Assembly: GCF_009914755.1 (NCBI RefSeq)
Contig: NC_060931.1
Origin: the human T2T-CHM13v2.0 reference genome, Homo sapiens
DNA length: 64,000 nucleotides
Strand: one strand, 5' to 3'
Each line of letters opens with the position of its first letter. The first letter of the stretch is position 1. Below the pieces are notes generated by a model. The model saw only the letters and a program-made list of their open reading frames with translations, had not been told where the DNA came from and did no database searches. This document shows positions 54,392-64,000 of the stretch, piece after piece. The position numbers and the translations under genes are program-made.

Positions 54392-54880
54392 AGGTCAATT
54401 AGCATAGTTTTGGCTACAAGGAACAAAAATCACCAAATAAAACTGACTTAAAAGTAGGGTAATTTCTCATCTCAAATAAAAAGCTGTTCAGAGGTAAGTT
54501 TACTCCAGGATGTCAGGGCTCTAGAGATACAACTCAGTGATTCTCTGGGTTTTTGTCCTGTACGTAATGGCTTCATCCTTGCACTGGAAGTGAGATGGCT
54601 GTGTTAGCTACAGATGTAACATCTAGACATATAAACATTCAGAGGAAAAACAGAAACTCCACTCTTACTTAGGAGTAAGAAAACCAAACCTTTCCAGTAA
54701 GGCTTTCATGAATTTCCCTCTCATTTTATTGGCTAGAATTGGGTCACACACTCATTCCTAAATCCTGACAAGGGAAATGGATTTACCATGATTGATTTAG
54801 ACAAATCAGACTATCCTGGATGTAGGGATAAAGGTATCCTCTCTTCAGCTACTTTAGAGGAGTCGATTTTGGGGGAAGGA
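54392..54880 (-). mobile_element. Old MaLR LTR (MLT1K/L-like)
   Basis: tttggctacaaggaacaaaaatcacc, agatggctgtgttagctacagatgtaacatc, ttattggctagaattgggtcacac. Confidence 0.7.
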
Positions 54881-56793
54881 AAAAGGAGAGCAGAGAATGA
54901 ACACTGAACATAGTAACTGAGAGTGTTCACACTATTACCCAGCACACAGGGTCTCTGATGAAGTCTAACCGTGTTTTCCTCCTTGTTTCCCTCCATATTG
55001 AATTTATCCAACTAGATCGCAGGCAAAGAAGATGGATGATGGTAAGCTTGCTGAAGCTCACCTTCTCTCACCTGCCTACACATGCAAAAGCAGCCAGTGT
55101 AAAACCCCAGGCCTTCCCATAACCCATGTGCTACACAGCAAGAGAAAGAAGGAGAGTTTCAGGCATGAAAATAATAAGAGAATTCTGCCCTTATCTCAGC
55201 AGTTCTGTGAGTCACTTCTCCTCAGGGAAGAGCAATTAGAAGGATAGAAAGAATGGTAGACATTTACTTCCCAGAATATATTAGCAGAGTTTCCTTTTTC
55301 TTGGTGGAAACTCCAGGAGGAAAGATGAAGTTTTTCTTTTTGGGTAAAAGATGAGGTGAGGGGTAGAGGGGAAAGCACACTAGTTTTAGGTGCCATCAAT
55401 AATCCTGTAGGCATTCATCCTGCAATCATGTAGTAAATCATAACATTTGTCATGCAGGGAGGTAGGTACTGGATGAGCATTGGGAAGAAGACGTGGTCCC
55501 AGCTATGGAACTCCAAATTCTGTGTCTCCAATGTGATATGGGAAGTAATTATAATATGTAAGCTATTTGTTATGTCTACAAAGCATTGTAAAAATGTATA
55601 TTAAATTTAAAAAAAAGGCAAGAAATCTTTTTCCTGTTCAGTAGTTCCAAAAAGACTTTACCAAATAAATGAAATTAGTGCAGAATTTAGGAAGATGTAT
55701 AGATTGTCATTAGTCAGGCTACAGGAAGGAAATCATTTCAGGCAAAGACAAGATCCTGAGTGAAGGCTCAGATGCATGAGAGCAGAAATTGTCTTCCAGA
55801 AGCTATGGGTAAACCTCTATGGTTCAAATATGGTGTCTAGAGTGAGACACATTGCTAAGGCAGAAAATCAGCCTGAAAGGAAGATTGAGTCAAGTTATCA
55901 AGTTTTTTTCACACCACTCAATATTATAGTTGAGGCAGAATACTATTTTCCTCTCTCCTTCCTGATCTTTGCCGTTAAATCTTTCAGTGGAAATTATACA
56001 CAGTATGATATATGCAGTAAGGGAAATACTTAACAGGCCTCTGTCATGGGCATTTGTGGATGAGTACAAAAGAAATAGAAGATACAAATTCTTCACACAA
56101 TAAATATATAGTATGTGTCAAAATTAAATAAGATAATAATATAAGACAATGAGGCAATAGTGCCATTGCTTGTGGCAATTTTTAAACTCCATTTTTTGAG
56201 CCAGTAGTGCCAAATTTTGTCTATACTCCCAAGTGTCAGATTCAATCATTCTGTCATCACATATTTATTATATGCTGTGTGCTGGATAAAAATCTTCATC
56301 GTTGAGGGAAGATTTGATTTGGGGATCCCTCCCAAAGTTATTTGTATCAAAGTCAGCTGAATAAGGTGGCTGATCATGATAAGGAATGCCATTATAGACT
56401 AAGACCCAACTGCAAGGAGGAAATGAGATTTTTTTTTTGACCTGTACACTGTGAAGCATAAAATAAGAACCATAAACTTAAGGCCATTTAAAAAGAGAAT
56501 TATAGAAAAGCATTTTAAGCAAAGGCAGCTCACTTTAAAAAAAAAAAAGTGACTAACTTCCCACAAAGACTCCTTTGAAGGACACGCCTCATTTGGGTGT
56601 ATAGATCTCCCTACGTTTGTTGCCATGAGCCTTAGTCTATCATCATCATACCTCAACTTAGCAAGTTCTATAGCATATGGAGGAGACAAAATTGCTTCAG
56701 CCATTTAGACAAGACTGAAATCATTGTGGGCTTCCGTGATTGGAAAAGGTCTTTAAAAAGCTTTGAACCCAGCATGGACCTTCACTGCAAATA

Positions 56794-57134
56794 CAGTCAT
56801 GTGCTGCATAATGATGTTTCATAATGATGGACCAATAAATGGTAGTATCAAAATATTATAATGCCATATTACTACTGTACTTTTTCTATGTTTAGATATA
56901 CACATAGTTACTATTTTACCATTGTGTCACATTTGCCTGCAGTATTCAGTACAGTAACATACTGTACAGGTTTGCAGCCTAGAAGCAATGGGCTGTACCA
57001 GATAGCCTAGGTGAGTAGTAGGCTATCCCATCTAGGTTTGTGTAAGTATGCTCTATGATGGTCATACAATGACAACATCAACTAACAACACATATCTCAG
57101 AACATATCCCCATTGGGAAGTGACAAAGTGACTC
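56794..57134 (+). mobile_element. Tigger3a (TcMar-Tigger) non-autonomous DNA transposon
   Basis: cagtcatgtgctgcataatgatg...cagtattcagtacagtaacatactgtacaggtttgcagcctag...gtgactc; TA TSD on both sides (56792-93, 57135-36). Confidence 0.92.
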
Positions 57135-57375
57135 TACTGGAAAACAAAATATTTCGTACAAAGCCTGGGATGTGTGCTCTGTTTATTATCACCTCAAAGA
57201 AGACTTACAAATTGGGAGAACTAAGATTTGTAAGAGTTCTCAAACATAGAGAGAATATTATGTATCATTATTATATATCATGCATACATTCGTGTATATT
57301 TACTTCTTATAAACGTGTATCATGTATATGCATGTTAAATAGGTATGTAGTCTTTGGCAACTTCTATGAAGTTTT

Positions 57376-58906
57376 TTTTTTTTTTTTTAATTTTTATTTT
57401 TTTTTATTGATCATTCTTGGGTGTTTTTCGCAGAGGGGGATTTGGCAGGGTCATAGGACAATAGTGGAGGGAAGGTCGGCAGATAAACAAGTGAACAAAG
57501 GTCTCTGGTTTTCCTAGGCAGAGCACCCTGCAGCCTTCCGCAGTGTTTGTGTCCCTGGGTACTTGAGATTAGGGAGTGGTGATGATTCTTAACGAGCATG
57601 CTGCCTTCAAGCATCTGTTTAACAAAGCACATCTTGCACCGCCCTTAATCCATTTAACCCTGAGTGGACACAGCACATGTTTCAGAGAGCACAGGGTTGG
57701 GGGTAAGGTCACCAATCAACAGGATCCCAAGACAGAAGAATTTATCTTAGTACAGAACAAAATGAAAAGTCTCCCATGTCTACTTCTTTCTACACAGACA
57801 CGGCAACCATCCGATTTCTCAATCTTTTCCCCACCCTTCCCCCCTTTCCATTCCACAAAACCGCCATTGTCATCATGGCCTGTTCTCAATGACCTGCTGG
57901 GCACACCTCCCAGACGGGGGGGCGGCCGGGCAGAGGGGCTCCTCACTTCCCAGTAGGGGCAGCCGGGCAGAGGCGCCCCTCACCTCCTGGACGGGGCGGC
58001 TGGCCGGGCGGGGGGCTGACACCCCCACCTCCCTCCCGGACGGGGTGGCTGCCGGGCGGAGACGCTCCTCACTTCCCGGACAGGGTGGCTGCCGGGCGGA
58101 GGGGCTCCTCACTTCTCAGACGGGGCAGTTGCCGGGCGGAGGGTCTCCTCACTTCTCAGACGGGGCGGCCGGGCAGAGACGCTCCTCACCTCCCAGACGG
58201 GGTCGCAGCCGGGCAGAGGCGCTCCTCACATCCCAGACGGGGCGGCGGGGCAGAGGTGCTCCCCACATCTCAGACGATGGGCGGCCGGGAAGAGACGCTC
58301 CTCACTTCCCAGATGGGATGGCGGCCAGGCAGAGACGCTCCTCACTTTCCAGACTGGGCAGCCAGGCAGAGGGGCTCCTCACATCCCAGACGATGGGCGG
58401 CCAGGCAGAGATGCTCCTCACCTCCCAGACGGGGTGGCGGCCGGGCAGAGGCTGCAATCTCGGCACTTTGGGAGGCCAAGGCAGGCGGCTGGGAGGTGGA
58501 AGTTGTAGCGAGCCGAGATCAGGCCACTGCACTCCAGCCTGGGCACCATTGAGCACTGAGTGAACCAGACTCCGTCTGCAATCCTGGCACCTCGGGAGGC
58601 CGAGGCTGGCGGATCACTCGCGGTTACGAGCTGGAGACCAGCCCGGCCAACACAGCGAAACCCCGTCTCCACCAAAAAAGTACGAAAACCAGTCAGGCGT
58701 GGCGGCGCGCGCCTGCAATCGCAGGCACTCGGCAGGCTGAGGCAGGAGAATCAGGCAGGGAGGTTGCAGTGAGCCGAGATGGCAGCAGTACAGTCCAGCT
58801 TCCACTCGGCATCAGAGGGAGACTGTGGAAAGGGGAGAGGGAGAGGGAGGGGGAGGGGGAGAGGGAGAGGGAGAGGGAGAGGGAGAGGGAGAGGGAGAGG
58901 GAGAGC
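57376..58906 (-). mobile_element. Full-length SVA retrotransposon (SVA_C/D-like)
   Basis: Read on minus: (CCCTCT)n 58831-58905, Alu-like region, GC-rich VNTR about 57905-58450, SINE-R, AATAAA plus poly(A). Perfect TSD tctatgaagtttt at 57363-57375 and 58907-58919. Confidence 0.98.
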
Positions 58907-60499
58907 TCTATGAAGTTTTATCAACCTGCACTTTTAAGGTAACGTGTAGGTTAATTTTCACTTCTCAAAACCCTCACTTCAGATAGAAAAAATAACTTCG
59001 GAAACAGCAATAATAATAGTAATAATTATAATAAATAGTCTAAATAATTGAAATGAAACCTAATAAACAGACAAAGGAAATGATACAAATGGAATAATAA
59101 TGAACAAGAGAAAAATTTACGATTGTGAAAATTAGATTGTAAAATGGCTTTAGAGGAAAAGTACTGTAATTCACATTCCTACAGTTATTTGAGAGAAAGG
59201 GACCAAACCAGTTTAAAAATGTTTTTACTGAGAATTTAAAAACACCCTTTAGAAATAGAAATTCAGTTTCTGACTTTATTTAGCAAAAATTAACCAGCAA
59301 AAACCTTATGCCCCCCAAAATGTGACCTCTTTCTCTGTGGATAGTCCAGTGTTTTTCAGCCTAGAGCCTAATTCTGCTCTTGGGGGACAGGGTCCATGAA
59401 GCGCAACCCTGTGTTTTGTATTCATAGAAATGCAGCCAGCAAACTTGGGTATTGGATGAACTGGGCATTGTGGGTCACTCTGCCCGTGGACCTGCTGGTG
59501 GCACCGCAGGGAAAAGGTTAGAAACTGCATGTTCTCTGCCAGGCAGAGGCTCTACTCATGTTCTTCTAGGGAGTCTTGCCTTGTCATTTCTACCAGTCAT
59601 AGACTGGGAGATTTGCTGACCTTAGAGATAGTAATATATTTCAAACCTCAAGAGGCAAGAATGATATGAAACAAAGGATATCCCTGGATTTCCTCTGGGG
59701 CTGCGAAAGGGAGTCTCCACCTGGCTCTGGAAGGCTATGTCTTGTTTCCATCCACTCCATTTAACTCCCACTTCTTGGCCTGCTTTGAGACTGTCAGCTG
59801 GGGGCCAATTACTGCCATTTAGAGAAGTGGATGCTTTAATGTGAATACTTGTCTGCAGGAACCACACAGAGACAGCTGCCTTATCTCACAAGAACCCTGT
59901 GTTGTTTATACTCAGTAATCTGCCACAGAGCTCTCTCCACAATGGGGAAACGAATCCAATTTATTCTCCCTATTGCCTGCACTTAATTTCTTTGACTCGT
60001 TTACATGTCTGTCTTTTTAAGTTGAAGAAAGAATACGAATGTAAGTTCCTCTGTGGCTAAGAGCATCTTTGACTGTGTTCTTAACAGTCTAAGACAATGG
60101 AGCAATAGTACTATTGCCTGAGGCAACCCTTCTGAGTTTTTCAATTTATTACCAAATTTTTAGATGAATTATGATCTAGTCTAGTTCCAGATGGTGCATC
60201 TAGATCTTTATAAATACCAGAAGCACTTACTTGAAAAGCTGCCAGATCTATAAAGGGATCTACTACTATGACTTGGAGTTTTTTCATACATTATTGTCTG
60301 TTTTCATAAATTGATAATTAATAGGTTCTCTAAAAGCCAAGCTGTTCATGGTTTAAAAACAGCTGTTAGCCATGAAAACTGTGGTGACATCTACTTACCA
60401 AGGTATTTCCAGAGAGACATGTAGAATCACACTGGAAATTCTGTACCACTCCCTGGTGCTCTTCTGGGCAGGGAGAGTTTACTCCACAATGCCACAAAA

Positions 60500-61030
<531 letters not shown>

Positions 61031-61149
61031 TCTCACCTCATAATCCAGTTATCCTCTGAGGCAGAATAGAAATCCAGACCTGGAATCTCCTCTTGTTTCT
61101 GCTTTCCAACAGCTTCCTCTCAATCAAAATGACAAATGATTCAATATCA

Positions 61150-61370
<221 letters not shown>

Positions 61371-61412
61371 CAGTATCATTCTTGATTAATTAGTTGCAAC
61401 TTAAAGGAGTGA

Positions 61413-61919
61413 ATTTTCTAAATATAAGATTATATCATCTAAAAACAAGGATAATTTGATTTCTCCCCTTCCAATTTGGATGAGCTTTATTTCTTTATCT
61501 TGTCTGACTGCTCTGACTAGGACTTTAAGTACCATGTTGAATAAAAGTGGAGAAAGTGGGCATCCTTGTCTTGTTCCAGATCTTAGAGGAAAGGCATTCA
61601 GTTTTTCCCTGCTCAGTATGACATTACCTATGGGTTTGTCAGATACAGCCTTTATTGTGTTGAGCTATGTTCTTTTGTACCCTATTGGTTGAGAGTTTTT
61701 TATCATGAAGGAATGCTGGGTTTTATCAAATGCTTTTTCTAGCCTCTATTAAAATGATGATATGGTTTTTGTCCTTCATTCTATTGATGTGATGTATCAC
61801 TTTTACTGATTTGCATTTGTTGAGCCATCCTTGCATCCCTGGGATGAATCCACTTGATCGGGATGACTGATCTTTTTAATGTGTTGTTGCATTTGATTTG
61901 CTAGTATTTTCTTGAGAAT
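61413..61919 (-). mobile_element. Inverted 5' segment of L1MA3-like element (RT domain)
   Basis: Minus translation gives [17 protein letters not shown] (ORF 61803..62063) and [16 protein letters not shown] (decayed FADD). Confidence 0.9.
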
Positions 61920-63590
61920 CAAATCAAAATGGATTGAGGGCTTCAATGTAAGACCTGAAACTATGAAACTAGTAAAAGAAAACATTGGGGGAAATGCTTC
62001 AGGACATTGGTCTGGACAAAGGTTTCTTGAGTAAGACCTTAAAAGCACAAGAAACCAAAGCAAAAATGGAGAAGTAGGATTACATCAAGCTAAAAATCTC
62101 CACACAGCAAGGGAGACAATCAACAAAGTGAAGTGACAACTTACAGAATGGGAGAAAATATTTGCAAACTATTCAGCTGAGAAGGATTAGTAACCAGAAC
62201 ATATAAAGAACACAACTCAATAGCAAAAAGCAACTAATAATTGTATTTAAAAGTAGGGAAAATAGCTGAGTAGACATTTTTCACATACATATGCCCAACA
62301 GGTATGTGAAAAAATGCTCAACATCACTAATAATCAGAGCAAGACAAATAAAAAACCATAATAAGTATCATCTCACCCAAGTTAAAATGGCTTTTATCAA
62401 AAAGATAAAATAATAACAGATGGTAGTGAGGATGCAGAGAAAGGGGAACACTTGCCCACTGGTGGTGGGAATGTGAATTAGTATAGTCATTATGGAAAAC
62501 AGCATAAAGGTTTCTCAGAAAACTAAAAATAGAGCTATTAATACTATATGATCCAGTAATCCCACTGCTGAATATATATAAAAAAGAATGAAAATCAGTA
62601 TTTCAAAAAGGTATCTGCACTCCCAGGTTTATTGCAGCACTATTTGCAGTAGCCAAGATGTGGAAGCAGCCTTAGTGTCTACCTACATATGAATGGATAA
62701 AGAAAATGTGGTACATATACAAAATGGAATATTATTCAACCATAAAAAGAATGAAATTCTGTCATTTACAACAATATGGTTGGAACTGGAGGTCATTATA
62801 TTAAGTGAAATAAGCCAGGCACCAAAAGGCAAATATTGCATATTCTCACTCATGAGTGGGAGCTAAAACAATTGATCTCATGGAGGTAGAGAGTAGAATG
62901 ACGGTTACCAGACTTTAGGAAGGGTAGTGGGGAAGGAGGAATAAAGAGGTGATGGTTAATGAGTACAAAACTACAGTTAGGTAGAAGGAATGAGATGTAG
63001 TGTTTGGTAGCACAATAGGGTGACTATAGTTAACAATAATTTATTGTATATTTCAAAATAACTTGAAGAGTGGGATTGAAATGTTCCTAACACAAATTAT
63101 ATATGGCTGGGCATTGTGGCTCAAGCCTGTAATCCTAGCACTTTGGGAGGCTCAGGTGGGAGAATCGCTTGAACCCAGGAGTTTGAGACCATAGTGGGCA
63201 CCATAATGAGACCCCTATCTCTACAAAAGAATAAAAAGTTTTAAAAAATTAGCTTGGCATGAGGGTGTATGCCTGTGGTCCCAGCTACTTGAGAGGCTGA
63301 GCTGGGAGGATCACCTGAACCCAGGAGATTGAGGCTTCAGTGAGCCATGGTTACTTCACTGTACTCGAGCCTGGATGACAGAGCAGGTCCTTGACTCAAA
63401 AAAAAAAAAAAAAAAAAACGAAAACAAAAAAAAGAAGAGGAGGAAATGATATATGTTTAAGAACATGGAGATCCCCATTAACCTGATTTTTATCATTACA
63501 CCTTGCATGCTGTATCAAAATATTGCATGTGTCCCATATATATGTTCAAATATTATGTACCCATAGAAATTAAAAATAAAAAAAATTAAA
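61917..63590 (+). mobile_element. L1MA3-like 3' segment with poly(A), interrupted by AluJ
   Basis: aaatcaaaatggattgagggcttcaatgtaagacctgaaact...; 3' UTR gtttggtagcacaatagggtgactatagttaacaataattt...tatgtacccatagaaattaaaaataaaa. Confidence 0.92.
63105..63443 (+). mobile_element. AluJ inserted in L1MA 3' UTR
   Basis: J diagnostics (gaggcttcagtgagccatg); TSD aaattatatat (63094-63104) / aaatgatatat (63444-63454). Confidence 0.93.
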
Positions 63591-63629
63591 GCTAAATTTT
63601 AAGTTTTCACTGTGTTCTCAGAGCACGTA

Positions 63630-63930
63630 GTCATTCTATCCATCTATCCACCCATCCATCAATCGAGTGCCTAGTACGTAACCTTAAAGTGATTATATTT
63701 CTTAGTAAGCACCTGCTGTATACTAAAGGTAAAAGTTATTGGTCTCTGTGCATATGTGGTTGAGTTTAGCAGATAAGGCAGACCAACAAACAAATCACTA
63801 TATGATGGGGGAATAGATCAGGTTTTCTAGAAACATGAGTGAGAGCTTCTAATATGCCCTAGTTGGTGATGTGAGCGTCAGGACAGTTTCTCTAAGAGTT
63901 GTTTTGAGTTAAGCATTAAATCATGAATAA
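63630..63930 (-). mobile_element. L2 3' fragments
   Basis: tcattctatccatctatccacccatccatcaatcgagtgcctag; gtcaggacagtttctctaagagttgttttgagttaagcattaaatcatgaata. Confidence 0.55.
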
Positions 63931-64000
63931 AAGATAGTTTGGGTTGCCAGATATTTATCAGGCTTTCATTGATGCCCCCTTAACATTTGCCAGTCATATG

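Noticed and set aside
57905-58450. Repeat-spacer-like periodic array (ctcctcacttcccagacgggg)
   Set aside because: This is the SVA VNTR: degenerate tandem units, no unique spacers, eukaryotic context, no cas genes. Not CRISPR.
57411-58805. Cluster of long ORFs, including 224 aa (57889..58563) and 155 aa
   Set aside because: All lie within the SVA. The GC-rich VNTR lacks stops and yields repetitive peptides; these are not genes.
59489-59505. CTCF-like cctgctggtggcac
   Set aside because: Two mismatches at informative core positions; unsupported without ChIP data.

Overview
AT-rich, repeat-dense, apparently non-coding primate DNA. A full-length SVA places it in a hominid genome, most likely human. 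I cannot place it on a chromosome or tell whether it is intronic or intergenic. I recognise no protein-coding exon, RNA gene or CRISPR array. The long ORFs in the track are read-throughs of Alu, SVA, L1, L2 or LTR sequence. The window holds about 14 Alus (J, S, Y; two are left-arm-only), one full-length SVA with a 13-bp target-site duplication (TSD), several L1 fragments (one 5'-inverted L1MA3-like copy and one 3.3-kb L1MB-like copy), L2/L3/MIR relics, eight MaLR (MLT1) LTRs or fragments (one nested in another), one MLT2A (HERV-L) LTR, DNA transposons (MER91A, Tigger3a) and microsatellites. I found no evidence of a new multi-gene system. The best leads are the SVA, the twin-primed old L1, the MLT2A LTR with DUX4-like site and splice donor, two candidate exons and several small duplication or repair scars. 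All subfamily calls come from recalled consensus motifs and need RepeatMasker/Dfam confirmation.
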